A stretch of 64,000 bases of DNA from Eledone cirrhosa (GCA_964016885.1 OZ024747.1:36642001-36706000); one strand, 5' to 3'; numbered from the stretch's first letter, positions 1 through 14,074 are shown. The notes: a model not told the origin generated them from the sequence alone. A program made the numbers and translations.

Positions 1-287
1 CGCGCATTGCCTGGGGACTTAGCTGAGAATAGACTCCCTGAGGACGTAATGAATTCTCGATGGTTACAGTGCGTAACTATCTTTATCCCATTACAGAAAC
101 TAATTAGTTGGAGTGAACATTTTAGTAAGTAAGATAATTTTTAATTTTTAAAATTTTCTTATTTTACGTCTTTCATATAATTGTTCTGCATCCCCCTGCA
201 TAGAACCACCTAGGTACTATGACATAACTTATGTATTTGCTAGCATTAGTGTACATCTGAACGCATATATTGGTAAATATACTAATT
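1..287 (+). mobile_element. Partial monomer of the 532-bp HHR-bearing repeat family (see 24175-26085), ending at (CT)n(TA)n
   Basis: Colinear with 25032-25310 (cgcattgcct..agctgagaatagactcc..ctgcatcccc..atactaattc). Confidence 0.85.
33..114 (+). ncRNA. Type I hammerhead ribozyme
   Basis: actcc-CTGAGGA-cgtaatg...cattaca-GAAA-ctaattag-TT-ggagt; palindromic stem III. Confidence 0.8.
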
Positions 288-929
288 CTCTCTCTCTATA
301 TATATATATAACGAAGGAAATGTGGTAAGGAACCAGGTGGACCATAACGCACCGAAGTACTCAATACTTAGGGTAGTAGAGTTGGTAATAGGAACAAGTA
401 AGACCCCGACGGCTGAGCTCAAGCCGTTTCGACGGCTAATTCTGGACTGAATGAAAATTTATTCTGGTATTTAAATAGCCGAGCTTATCAAGATGTAATT
501 CCATATATGGTCAAAGAGATAATCACCAGGATTGGTCACATCACAAGTTAGTAGTAAATCTGTGACGGCAAATTGGTGGGGGAAGGGGTAGCTAAACCTG
601 CCGGTAGGAGGAAAGGGGAGAGGGGTGGAGTAGACCCATTCACGCGTTGGTAGTGCCGGTTACAGCTGGGCGTGAGGTCAAAGAGGATACTGGGGAGGGG
701 GAGGGGGAGGAAGTCGAAACGGTAAGTAGAACAATGAAGGGTAAAATTATAAAAAGTACTGAGAGAGAAAAAAATAAGCAAAGTCTGGTTACTAAGACAT
801 AAGTCTCTCGCTATTGCTAGGAAATACATAAATAAATAAATAAACAAATAAGTGAATAAAAGAATAGATAAATAAATTTTAAAAAAATATAATGAAGAAT
901 AAAAAAAATAAATAATAATAATAAAAATA

Positions 930-1290
930 CGGACACCTCCAACAAAGCTTATATAGGATTAACCGCATGTGACTTCAAGACCCGGCTATACCAACACAGA
1001 CATACCTTCCGGACCCGGCCCGGCGTCACACCACTACACTTTCGGGCCACATATGGGACCTCAAGGACAACAACATCAACTATGATCTCACTTGGAAATT
1101 ACTGTCCAGAGCCAACTCTTACACGGGAGGACGCCGTCCGTGCAATTTATGCTCGGAGGAAACTTTACAAATGTTGTTTTCGACGGACCAACTCCTAAAC
1201 AAGAAAGATGAACTGGTTACTGCATGTAAACACCGATTACGTAGGACTTACCTCGCCCTCAAACCCATAATGACCCGGGGGGATAGACTA
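930..1290 (+). pseudogene. PLE GIY-YIG endonuclease C-terminal fragment (one frameshift)
   Basis: Manual translation: KAYIGLTACDFKTRLYQHRHTF / TTTLSGHIWDLKDNNINYDLTWKLLSRANSYTGGRRPCNLCSEE..LLNKKDELVTACKHR; parallels the ORF at 53177-53680. Confidence 0.85.
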
Positions 1291-2473
1291 GTGCTATAAC
1301 ACCCCACTTGCCTATTTTGTAGTGGGTAAACCCTGCTTGCCAATGGAGACGTAATATCTTCTTTTACATTCTTTTATCGCTTCCTCTATATTTCCTTCTT
1401 CCCCCCATCCCTCCCTAGTCCTTCTACCCCAGCTCATTTTCTTTGTCGTCGTTTATTTCTCGCCCACCCGAGGTAGCACCTCGGTCCCTTGTAGCTTCAG
1501 CACCCCCACCCCCTCCCCTATTCTATTATAAATTTGGCTGACTCCGCATTTTATAGCAGAGGTGTTAGACTTCGGATACTTGCCCCCTTCTCCGACCGCT
1601 GTCCCTTTTTTCCGTGCCTTCTATATTTCATAGTGGCATCTTTGCTTTAATTTCTCGTTTATCCAGTATTTCTTTCTTCTTTTTCCCTTGTTTGGGGGGA
1701 TGGGGTGGGGGGGGGTGGGGGTTCTGTATTAATTTTCCGTTCATTACTTTTACTTCGTACGATCTTTCATGTAGCTTGTATAAGACTTTTTGTTTCGTGG
1801 CGGCACCCTTTGAGTTAGCACTAGTGTTTTTTTCTGCGGGACCCTGAAATATATTCTCGTACTAGTTTACTTTCTTGCACTGAGTGGTTGCTGGCCCTGT
1901 GATTGGGGTAGAAACCTTTATTATTTCGTGGTAATATCTTTAGAATTCCCCCCCCCCCCTTGTTGACCCGTCACCGTACGATACACGCACTTATACCTCG
2001 TATAAGGGTCCCTTTATTTCCGTCCCACCTAGTTTATTTTTATTATTATTATTTATTTTTTTTATTCTTCATTATATTTTTTTCAAATTTATTTATCTAT
2101 TCTTTTATTCACTTATTTGTTTATTTATTTATTTATGTATTTCTTTAGCCTAGCAATAGCGAGAGACTTAAGTCTTAGTAACCAGACTTTTCTTTTTTTT
2201 TCTCTCTCAGTACTTTTTATAGTTTTACCCTTCATTGTTCTACTTACCGTTTCGACTTCCTCCCCCTCCCCCAACCCAGTATCCTCTTTGACCTCACGCC
2301 CAGCTGTAGCCGGCACTACCAACGCATGAATGGGTCTACTTCACCCCCTCTCCCTTTTTCTCCTACTGGCAGGTTTAGCTACCCCTTCCCCCACCAATAT
2401 GCCATCACAGATTTACTACTAACTTGTGATGTGACCAATCCTGGTGATTATCTCTTTGACCATATATGGAATT

Positions 2474-2567
2474 ACCCCTTGATAAGCTCGGCTATTTAAA
2501 TACCAAAATAAATTTTTATTCAGTCCAGAATTAGCCGTCGAAACGGCTTGAGCTCAGCCGTCGGGGT
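2474..2567 (+). ncRNA. Hammerhead ribozyme with U3/A8 core (TTGATAA)
   Basis: acccc-TTGATAA-gctcggcta...tagccgtc-GAAA-cggct-tgagctc-agccg-TC-ggggt; mirror copy at about 403-496 (-) has the same core. Confidence 0.7.
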
Positions 2568-2577
2568 CTTACTTGTT

Positions 2578-2655
<78 letters not shown>

Positions 2656-2891
2656 TGTATGTACGTATACATATATATATATACATATATGTATGTACGT
2701 ATACATATTTATATTTAAGTAACAGCCGTACTAAGAGTGAGAAATGTAATTTTATTTCATTTTTTCTATTTATCGTTTTCGGTGCGCCCGGCCGACTGAC
2801 TAACTCGATATGTAAATTAGGCTGCTCAGCCGTTAATATGCATAAGAAATGTATATACTTTCAGACGTTCAATCATCTGGCAGGAAGGTAT

Positions 2892-2934
2892 ACGATGCTG
2901 ACGATAGCTAATTAGCTTGAAACTAGTACATCGT
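2892..2934 (+). ncRNA. Minimal hammerhead ribozyme
   Basis: acgatg-CTGACGA-tagc.taatta.gctt-GAAA-ctag-TA-catcgt; inverted family copy at 4066-4108 (-). Confidence 0.8.
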
Positions 2935-3573
2935 TCCTTTGTCGGTGTTGAATAAAAGGGAATCGATGGTTGCTAAACACTCTACGGCTTAATTCAAGCT
3001 GTTTGTTTACAAACAAACCTAGTATTATAATAAATGTTCGGTAAATCCATACGTACGTATATATATGTGTGCATGTATGTATATATATACATACTACTGT
3101 ACGTCTGTATACATATATGTATGTACGTATACATACTTATATTTACGTAACAGCGTACTAAGTCTGAGAAATCTAATTTCGTTTCATTGTTTCCATGTAT
3201 ATATATATTAATAAGATTTAATAAGAAAGATGAAGTTTCGTTTACTTGTATTTCGATTTGTATTGTGTATCGGCCTGTTACGCGAATATCCAAACTGTAA
3301 TATATAGAAGATTCATATCTCGATAGAAAGTAAAATATGAGGTAACCTGTCTGCTGATGAAAGGTAAATTAGTTAGTAAATATGCTAAGACAATCTAGTA
3401 TCATACTTTCATAAATATTCACAGCAAGTACTATGATCTTTCGTTTCCTACTTTCCTACTATTAAGAGCTCACACAAGAGCACACGCACACACGCACATA
3501 CACACACACAAACACACACACACACACACACAAAGACAAACAGACACACACACACAAACACACACACACAGAA

Positions 3574-3604
<31 letters not shown>

Positions 3605-3672
3605 AACACACACACAAACACAAACACACACACACACATATTTATATATATGTGTATGTGTGTGTGTTTAAT

Positions 3673-3754
3673 CGCCGACGATTGGATTCGAAACTATGTG
3701 AAGAGACACCAATAGATGTCTAAGCCCATGCCTTAATCACTCGGCCATAACAAT
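3673..3754 (-). pseudogene. Degenerate tRNA-Ser(AGA)-like sequence
   Basis: Reverse complement tggccgagtgattaaggc..ttaga..tttcgaatcc resembles eukaryotic tRNA-Ser with a long variable arm; the stems are broken. Confidence 0.6.
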
Positions 3755-4195
3755 AACTATCACCTCTAGTATCGAATACTCTGCTGAATAATGTCCTCAC
3801 TAGTTTAAAATTGATTAATTCCTATATATATATATATATATATATGCAAGTATGTATGTATACGTACATACATATATGTATACAGACGTACAGTAGCATG
3901 TATATATATACATACATGCACACATATATATATATGTACGTATCCGTTTCGCGAATATTTATTATAATGCTCGGTTTGTTTGTGTGTAAACAAACAAACA
4001 GCCTGAATTACGCCGTACAGTGTTTAAGCAACCACATCACCTTTTTGTTCAACACTGACACAGGAACGATGTACTAGTTTCAATCTTATTAGCTATCGTC
4101 AGCGTCGTATACCTTCCTGCCAGATGGTTGAAGGTCCAAGAGTGAGAAATGAAATTTCGTTTCATTCTATTCCATTTATATATATATATATATAG

Positions 4196-4243
4196 GAACC
4201 AGTAAGACCCCGACAGCTGAGCTCAAGCCGTTTCGACGGCTAA
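4196..4243 (-). mobile_element. 48-bp terminal fragment of the 311-2580 family, inserted in (TA)n
   Basis: ggaaccagtaagaccccgacagctgagctcaagccgtttcgacggctaat matches 391-438. Confidence 0.85.
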
Positions 4244-4249
4244 TATATA

Positions 4250-4295
<46 letters not shown>

Positions 4296-4938
4296 TATAT
4301 ATATTTATATATATATATGTATCTCATGTCTGTTATTTTGCCTGAGAAAATACCTCTACGTATATATAAATAATATGTACATAGATTAATTTGTTTAATA
4401 TCCAGTTGAGTTCTTTCACGCGTGGTTAGAATTCCTATTAGGGTTCAATGACCTACGTGTATATTATTTTATGTTTTTCGATGACCCCCCTCCCCCCTTC
4501 CCTTTTGGGGACAGTGTGAAATTTCTTTTTGAAGGACTGCTGGACTTTCAAACTTAGCAGTCATTCTAGCACTGACGGTGACCATCGGTGAATATTAATA
4601 TCAAAGTTGTTTTTTTATATTGATATTACTTGGGCATCCACTGGTGAGTGATAAGAGCCCTCTTGCATGGATATCTATGGATTATATGCAAGCTTCTACA
4701 TAACTTGGACATTATTTTCCCACCTTGTAGAAATCTTATAACGAAACGATCGTATGGTAAAAGAGATTTATTTAATTATTTCTCATATAAAATAATACAA
4801 CCGACTATCCACGAAATACGATATAGTTAGCACCCCAAACACCTAATTGCGATTATACTCAGGTATATCCTAATGTTTGTTGAGTGAGAAGGGAGTCGGT
4901 CGGATTATCGCTAAGAAATGTCTCTGTTAATGTATTAA

Positions 4939-4977
<39 letters not shown>

Positions 4978-4978
<1 letters not shown>

Positions 4979-5200
4979 GTTATTCCAGGTTGAATCGGAG
5001 GTAACCACAGTAAGGAAGGTACACAATACATTGCAGAGTATAAAAGTTTTAATATAGATGAGATTCTACAGGACTAGAACTGTTTCATTCTTTAGAAATC
5101 ATCAGGAATCTCCTGATGATTTCTAAATCTCCTAATAATTCCTGATGATTTCTAAAGAATGAAAGAGTTCTAGTCCTGTAGAATCTCATCTATATTAAAA

Positions 5201-5203
<3 letters not shown>
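4978..5203. mobile_element. Mini foldback element with an HHR in each arm
   Basis: Arms about 5045-5110 and 5138-5203; attc-CTGATGA-tttctaaagaat-GAAA-cagttctagtcctg-TA-gaat; flanked by (TA)n. Confidence 0.8.
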
Positions 5204-5231
<28 letters not shown>

Positions 5232-5254
<23 letters not shown>

Positions 5255-5905
5255 TGTATATATACTGTATTTTGCAATACACTATATATATATGAATGTA
5301 TATATAGATTATTTTGCAATACACTGTATTCTTAATTAAAAGCTATTGTTTTAGAGTAGTGACTGTTTCACTTACTTCAATTTTCAGCAAACAGGGGAGA
5401 TAAAGCTGACAGAGCTCTTTTTCGCACTTGTTGATGCTTATCAAAGCTATCTACTCCGCCTGTTTGCTGAAAATTATGAATGTTTTATTCTTATAGAATT
5501 CCAATAATAATCAGGAACTGATTATACAAAGCGGTTGCCGGTCAAGCAGGAATTGAAAATTAGAATTGGTGCTCTGAAATAGCGATGTATATATGAATGT
5601 ATATATAGATTATTTTGCAATACACTGTATTCTTAATTAAAAGCTATTGTTTTAGAGTAGTGACTGTTTCACTTACTTCAATTTTCAGCAAACAGGGGAG
5701 ATAAAGCTGACAGAGCTCTGTTTCGCACTTTTTGGTGCTCATCAAAGCTAACTACTCCGCCTGTTTGCTGAAAATTATGAATGTTTGATTCTTATAGAAT
5801 TCCAGTAATAATCAGGAACTGATTATACAGAGCGGTTACTCTGTCAGCTTGATCTCCCCTGTTTGCTGAAAATTTAAGTGAGACTGTCACTACTCTCACT
5901 ACAGC
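5232..5905 (-). mobile_element. Tandem ~301-bp non-coding monomers, one HHR each, plus an inverted piece
   Basis: taaagctgacagagctc recurs at 5401 and 5702; HHRs at 5404-5448 and 5705-5749 (-); homolog at 48826-49107. Confidence 0.8.
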
Positions 5906-6105
5906 TTTTGACGGGAAGGATAAGGATTTGTTTTCTATTCTCTCGCCACCACGTAAAGTTTGTAAATCGGAAGCTAGTCGAGCGACAGATTTGTATCGGA
6001 TTGCAGTTGCTAATCACTTTACCCTGTCGGTTGTCACAAACAGTCATGACCGGCATGGGCTGGGGTTTGGATTCTGTCTATCGATTGGTTATTGATTAGG
6101 CGATA

Positions 6106-6216
6106 CCCGCTGATGAAGCCGCATACGCCGATTATGCATTTTTGCATAATATATGCAGACAGAGGGTGCAGTGCACGTTACTGCTGCATTAAGTGTGGCC
6201 GAAACTCGAGTCCGGG
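6106..6216 (+). ncRNA. Hammerhead ribozyme
   Basis: cccg-CTGATGA-agccgcat...gtgtggcc-GAAA-ctcgag-TC-cggg. Confidence 0.75.
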
Positions 6217-6389
6217 AACTATTATAGACATCCGTTTTACGTGTATTGTATTGAATCGAATAACTATGTGCACACTCTGGGAATGTATCTTACATTGACT
6301 ATTGAGTACGCTGAGATAAACCAGTCCTGGCATTAATAAATATGCTGGGTCCGTCAACTCCATATTTTATATATATATATATATATATT

Positions 6390-7350
<961 letters not shown>

Positions 7351-7783
7351 CAAAAGAATCAGTGAATGAAAGAGTTAGAAGCCGTTAAAACATAACTTTA
7401 TATATCTCTTACACGTGTTTCGCCCTAGGGTTCATCGGAAGCATATATATATATATATACACATGATTCTACACTATTTTTTCACCCTCTTACGACCGCC
7501 ACACGACCAATATAAATACGCTATTTTTTTAAATACATGTAGCGTCTATAATAACGGCCCTTTTCTGTTTTTATGTATACTTGTTAACTTATATCCCTTG
7601 TGATTTTGAATTATTACCTCACTGCCGATAGCGGGCTTATACTAGTAAGTTTACGCCAGGGCATGTCAGTATCTTAACACCAAATGATATATTTTATATG
7701 ATGAAAGGACACTCAAATTGTATCCTTGAAACACGCATAATAAAATAGATATCGTATTATAAAGATATTTTCCATTTATTAAT

Positions 7784-7834
<51 letters not shown>

Positions 7835-7839
<5 letters not shown>

Positions 7840-8371
7840 TATATGTTAAGTAATTCCGAATGAAAAGCAAAGGAAAAAAGTACAGAGCTATTTAATTAGA
7901 AAGTTAACAACAAACACAAAATATAACTACTCCATTACCAGATGTTTCCGGAGGACAGACGATAATAATATAATTCTGGATAGTTCGTCAGACAGAGATG
8001 TTATAGATAAACGATATAAAATGAGATTTAAAATTTGTTAAAAATTGGAAGTGAGGCTGGAAAATACGGGAAATATACCAAAGAAAAGAAGGGTAAGAAG
8101 AAGAATAAAAAATAAAAATATATAGCAATAATATTGCTATATACTTTTACTTTATCATTTTTTATTATTTTTCGTACCCTTCTTTTCTTATGTTTATTTC
8201 CCGTTTTTTCCATCCTCACTTCCAATTTTTAACAGATTTTAAATCTCATATTATATCTTGTAACTATAACATCTCTGTCTGACGAACTATCCAGACGTAT
8301 ATTATTATCGTCTGTCCTCCAGAAACCTCTGGTAATGGAGTAGTTATATTTTGTGTTGTTCACTTTCTAAT

Positions 8372-8376
<5 letters not shown>
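7835..8376. mobile_element. Foldback pLTR-like element with HHR-like motif (8273-8340)
   Basis: Arms about 7890-8105 and 8175-8376; ctctgt-CTGACGA...GAAA-cctctgg-TA-atggag; flanked by (TA)n. Confidence 0.7.
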
Positions 8377-8408
<32 letters not shown>

Positions 8409-9436
8409 CAGAAACCTGAAAGCAAACCTGGGTCATTTCCCCAGATTGTTAAAAATAATGCTAACAAGAAATGGAGACATAATAAATATAATACCAAAAA
8501 TAGGACAAAATACATAACGAAAGCAAATATAATATCACGACCAAAAGTTCATCAAGCAAACACCAACAGGAATATAAATTCTGAACAGAGAAAAATCCAT
8601 TTTTTAATGTCAGGACAACAAAAAGCGGAAAAAGAAAAACTCCAGGAGGAAGTATACCCAAAACAACTGTACACGTAGATCCTAAAATAATTAATTTATC
8701 CAAAAAGATCTTGAAAATGATGAAATACAATTCTGTCAAAAGGACTGAATTTCACACCGACTCCAACTATCAACCACCAAGAACTGAAGGAGGATACCCA
8801 AGAATTCTGTCGAAAATTACGTCTACGTCTTGTAGAATTCTTCGCTGATAAAAGTAATGAGAGTGATGAATCAATAGTAAAGAATAAATCAAATTTCACT
8901 CCGCCAAAAGGAAGAAATATCTATCTCGACCAATACATTGACATCCTGTCTAAATTACCTCTTAGACGTAATACTAATGTCAGGCCAAACATTAACAAAT
9001 CAGAAATGTCTGCACTTAAACGTATACAAAATGATAAAAAAATAATAATTAAACAAGAAGATAAAGGGGGTGCAGATGTTATAATGGATGCTGAATACTA
9101 CAAGGATTTGGTTGAGGAACAACTGAAAGACACAGCATTCTATCATGAAATACCGTCAAATATAGACCACAACATCATGAAGAAGATCAACAACCTGGCT
9201 TCAATATACCACAACTCACTGTCTGATAAGGAAAGAGACTACATAACCAATTTTGAGCCAAAACACGGCAACCTGTATGGCCTACCGAAAGTTCATAGTC
9301 AAAAGAAATACAACTGGCAGTAAGAGAACAAAACAGTGAGTACATTAAATTACTACACCCAAAAGACTTAAAACTTAGGCCTATTATAGCTGGTCCAACA
9401 TGTCCCACCAACCGCCTAAGCAATTTTGTTGACATT

Positions 9437-9610
9437 TGGCAGTATCGGTAGAAGCTCGGACGCCATGCTTTCCAGCATAGTTACGTCCATTTACGATCTG
9501 AGTTCAAATCCCGCCGAGGTTGACTTTGCCTTTCATCCTTACGGGGTCGATAAAATAAAGTACCAGTAATGCACTGGGTAATTGCTGGCCTTGTGCCTAA
9601 AGTAGAAACA
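9437..9610 (+). mobile_element. tRNA-head SINE inserted in the PLE RT ORF
   Basis: B-box gagttcaaatccc; body gactttgcctttcatcc..ggggtcgataaaata; interrupts NFVDI|ILKPLC; related copies at 36311, 56769 and 23130. Confidence 0.85.
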
Positions 9611-9917
9611 ATTATTTTGAAACCACTATGTATTCACATACCCAGCTTCATCCGGGATGATATCGACTGTCTGTCCCATCTTCCCAAATCCACGGAAACG
9701 AATTCACTTCTACTTAGTTTTGATGTGGTAAGCCTTTACACCAACATTACACATGATTTAGTAATAAAGGCGGTTAAATACTGGGTGGAAAAACATAGAG
9801 AAGTGATTTTCCATCAGATTCACAGCGCCATTTATATTAGACGTAGTTAAACTTATTCTGGAAAACAACACTTTCTTCTTCAATGGAAATAATTACATCC
9901 AAATTAGAGGCACAGCG

Positions 9918-10628
9918 ATGGGAACGAAGTTTGCTCCCGTTTACGCGAACTCTGTAATGGGATACTTAGAACAACAACACTACCAACAAATAGAGGGAAA
10001 ATATAGCACTGACTTTAGAAAGTACATTGAAAAATCTTGGAAGAGATACCTTGACGATTGTTTCATCATCTGGACAGAATCTCTAGATACTCTGGATGAG
10101 TTCAATATCCTCCTGAATAACCTACACCCATCTCTCCAATTCACAAAAGAGATGAGTAGTACCAAATTACCATTCCTAGATATAATGATAATCAAAAACG
10201 ACACCACCATTACCACGGAAATATATTATAAACACACAGACACCCATCAATATCTGAATTTTAAGTCGTGCCATCCACCTCATACAAAACGCAACATTCC
10301 ATACTGCCTAGCCAGAAGAATTTGTACCATTGTACAAGATACCAATACCAGGTACAAACGCCTAACAGAACTAAGAGAATTTTTGCTCAAACAAAAATAC
10401 CCATCTCTACTTATAGAAAATGGCATACAGCGGAGTATAAAAATACTTATACAACAACTTAGGACAACCCAAGGAAGAAGAAACCAAGAGCTTGTCATGC
10501 CATTTATAATGACACACAACCCATGTCACCAGAATATCTTCAACACTGCCAACGCAAACCTACCGATCATTGCTCGAAGTAATGAATTAAAAGGCTTAAT
10601 CACAGATCGAACGATCTTTGACTCTTAG
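9918..10628 (+). CDS. PLE reverse transcriptase fragment (YLDD) and thumb
   Basis: ORF track 236 aa; part of a disrupted ORF spanning about 8690-11096. Confidence 0.85.
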   Translation: MGTKFAPVYANSVMGYLEQQHYQQIEGKYSTDFRKYIEKSWKRYLDDCFIIWTESLDTLDEFNILLNNLHPSLQFTKEMSSTKLPFLDIMIIKNDTTITTEIYYKHTDTHQYLNFKSCHPPHTKRNIPYCLARRICTIVQDTNTRYKRLTELREFLLKQKYPSLLIENGIQRSIKILIQQLRTTQGRRNQELVMPFIMTHNPCHQNIFNTANANLPIIARSNELKGLITDRTIFDS

Positions 10629-10730
10629 TAAAAGACAGTCGAAAGATTTGAAGCAATTACTAACAAAAGCATAGTTTGACCTTAACAACAAAGACCAATC
10701 ATTCACTGTATCTAAATGCAATGATAGTCG

Positions 10731-11096
10731 ATGTGGCACATGTCAATCCAACACGCCGGTCAATATATGAAAACAAAAACTGGAAAAATATTCCCAAATG
10801 CAAATATGAACTGCAAAAGCAGAAATCTAATTTATTGCATTAAATGCCCGAATTGTGAAGAACTATATGTCGGTCAAACTGGAAATGCATTATCGGAACG
10901 GGCATGGGTACACCGAGAGCAATTCACAGACCCAAATGTCCGTCAAATACCCCTGAGTAACCATCTAGCAACATGTGGTCAGGGAATATTTATAATATTC
11001 CCATTCTACAAATTACACAGCCCAAGTGAAATCAAGAGAAAAATCAAAGAAAATAATTTTATTGATAAATTCAAACCCAAGCTAAATGAACAATAA
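10731..11096 (+). CDS. PLE GIY-YIG endonuclease fragment
   Basis: NLIYCIKCPNCEELYVGQTGNALSER..H. Confidence 0.85.
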   Translation: MWHMSIQHAGQYMKTKTGKIFPNANMNCKSRNLIYCIKCPNCEELYVGQTGNALSERAWVHREQFTDPNVRQIPLSNHLATCGQGIFIIFPFYKLHSPSEIKRKIKENNFIDKFKPKLNEQ

Positions 11097-11451
11097 TAAT
11101 GGGGTATCCTACTATGACTATGACTACGACCACTAACAAAAACAATAACAATAATAATAATAATAAAAGTGATGTTGATAGTGATGATTACTAGAAAATG
11201 CTATTTTCATCATTTCTAAAAATAGCAAAACAATTGATGCTTTGGATAGGGTCAATCAAGTAGTCGTTAGACATGCTCAACCAACCGTGACGCCTAAACC
11301 AATCAGCTTTAGTAATCCAGTGAAACTACACACCGATTGGTCGAAATACAGTTTCCAAGATTCAGCATTCTGGAGCCACTTTTCACTGTATATAAGGCAC
11401 AAAATTTACCCATCTCATTACAGTTGAAAATTGCAAACTTGACCGTCATTA

Positions 11452-11490
11452 TGAACCTGAAGATTGCGAAAGCATGAAAGTACTTGTTCA
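11452..11490 (+). ncRNA. Minimal HHR in the 3' pLTR of the Neptune-like PLE
   Basis: tgaac-CTGAAGA-ttgc.gaaa.gcat-GAAA-gtac-TT-gttca. Confidence 0.8.
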
Positions 11491-11646
11491 ATTAACACTT
11501 AACATTTAATATTCCACCATACTATTTCATTCTAATACCATTATCAATTTTAAAGGATTGTAAATAAAACGAGTAAATCAGACAAAGTTGGAATTCCTTT
11601 TATTCACATAAACTTCTATACACAATCATACACACCCGTGTATATT

Positions 11647-11772
<126 letters not shown>

Positions 11773-12476
11773 TCATAGATTCATTTTTGTGCAGAACATA
11801 TATTTACGAGACGGAATGCAATAATCCGAACTAGATGGAAATCTTTGTTTCTCAGAGACACCTCACTGCCATTAATACAATGGGCGGTCAGATATTGATG
11901 TACAGCTGAAACAATCACGCAGGATTAGAGATGTCTATTTCTGTAATATTTATAAAAGCATTTTATCCAGAACTACAACGAATTTGTAATTCTTATTGCA
12001 GTCTAGATCCTAACACCCATCTCATATCACTTCCAACTGCATAGAACGAGGAACAGCGTATTTATTTAATCCTTAGCATCAGCCACATTTCAGTCTTGGT
12101 TGCATGCAGTGTTTTAACTAAATTCAAATTCATATTTTCAATTTAGAAGGAAACACTTACAATGTTTGATCCGTTAATATAGTCGCCGTAGTTGCACTCA
12201 GATGAACCCAGGCCAATAATACAAATCACTAAAGTTCATTTCTCCACCTTTGTGAATTCTTTATATGCCTACATCTACAATTTCCCGGTCACTTCTCTCT
12301 ATTTCGAATCTCCCTCTTTCTGTTTATCTACCTCTTTATATTTCTATCGATTTATCTATCAATCTATATATCTGTCTGCCTCTATATATCTCTGACGATA
12401 TTTTCCCTTCGGGCCTTGCATCATTAACTCCCAAGAACATCATGCTGGTAGAGTTCAACCCCTTGTGCATACATTC

Positions 12477-12477
<1 letters not shown>

Positions 12478-12557
<80 letters not shown>

Positions 12558-12573
12558 CCCTCTCTCTCTCTCT
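12478..12573. repeat. (CT)n microsatellite
   Basis: Direct reading. Confidence 0.95.
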
Positions 12574-14074
12574 GATTACATGTTCGGGTTTTTAATCAAA
12601 ATATTTTTTTACATTTGCTTCATAATGTTTCCTCTACTAAATGTTGAGATTGTGCACTTATGGACATTATACATCAAAGTCTTAAGACTTGTTTTACTTC
12701 CTCACCTATAATGTTTAAAGAAAGCTCGTCTTGTATGTAACCCCGTTTCCTGTTTTATGATACATCTGGCCATATGGATTGTTATAATGCATTGTGTATA
12801 ATTGCAGTACCACTAAATGAATATGAGAGTATGCATGCATTGATCAACACCGTGAACACATTATTAAGTCTTTGTTGGTATCATCTCATCTATACTATTT
12901 TCCTACTGTAATCAGCTAGTTTAGGTCATCTACTCTCAATGTTATTGTTAAGGAATTTTAAATTTGCTTTATCATTCAAAAAGCATTTAAATCCAGTTAA
13001 CTTTGCGTCAGTGACAGAATTACAAACAATATCATGAAGATTTTGACACCAAGAAATACATGAGTGCTGCTTTAGGGGTAGTTAAAAATACACATTCACC
13101 ATGTAATTATTTTGGTCAAGTCACTTTCCACAGAAAAACAACGCCGGGAGAAGTACCTTTTACACGGTAATATGCCTGAACTATGGAAAAAAATAGTAAC
13201 ATTTAACTTCTACGATACATAATCGAAATTAATTAGTAATATAAATGATACGTAATTCTCTGATTTATATTGATTTAATTTCAGATAAATGGAGATGGAA
13301 TATATTAGATAACATTCTATTATTTCTAAGAACTGTTTTCTGTCAAGAAATATCTAAATATATATTATACCCCACCTGATGAAAGGAAACCAATGAAACA
13401 ATAAAAATATAGCTTGTTGGCATTCGTTGTTGTATATGGTTTTGGTCAGTACGTTTTCAGTGTTCAACTTCCTTCAAAATCAACTTTGCATTTTATTCTT
13501 CCAAGGTCGGCATATTAAAATATTTGGCCATTCCTCCAAATGTTGTAGTATTATGCTTATATTAGAAATCGATATTTTGGATGAAATGCAAATGTGCGCA
13601 TGAACATGACTCATTTAAACAAACCTACACAAGATGCATAATCTACTCGCACAAGAAAGAACTCCTGCTCTGACACTCTACTTGCTTCCCTTACCATTCT
13701 CCTGGGAAACGCCTTCTCCATTCTGTCCGCTGGGGCTGTCGGGAGACCAGCACATGGGACCCCATTTACTCACCACACAGAGAGATGGGGAGGGCGAGAG
13801 AGATGGAGGCGATAGAACAACAAAAATAACAACAACAACGACAACAATGACAATAACAACAACAGCAACCATAGCAAATCTTTTGCCACAATAAGCAAAG
13901 GAACTTTTACAAATATTAATATTTCCAATGCGAAGGAAATGATCAATGATGGAAAAAAATATATTACATTCGAGGAAAAAGGGGGATTTAAAATAACCTC
14001 TCCGCCACAAATCAAAGCCGACACAATGCGAAGGACTGTGATTTTTCGCACGATTTTGAACAAAACAAAAAAAA

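Larger units (their letters stand above)
311..2580 (+). mobile_element. 5'-truncated Naiad-like Penelope element with inverted pLTR, inserted in (TA)n
   Basis: Arms 390-929 and 2035-2580 are reverse complements; GIY-YIG remnant between them; (TA)n at both ends. Confidence 0.85.
2700..4175. mobile_element. Rearranged or inverted copies of an HHR-bearing pLTR-like family
   Basis: About 2865-3130 is the reverse complement of about 3850-4135; related sequence at 63170-63230. Confidence 0.65.
8408..11645 (+). mobile_element. Neptune-like Penelope retroelement (RT + Zn linker + GIY-YIG), disrupted
   Basis: DKGG, LYGLPKVH, SFDVVSLYTNI, GTAMGTKFAP, WKRYLDD, PFLD, SCHPPH; C..RC.TC linker; NLIYCIKC..C..LYVGQT; frameshifts, stops and a SINE insertion. 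Confidence 0.92.

Noticed and set aside
311-2580. DNA transposon or MITE with terminal inverted repeats and TA TSD
   Set aside because: The arms are asymmetric, contain hammerheads and flank a PLE endonuclease; there is no transposase.
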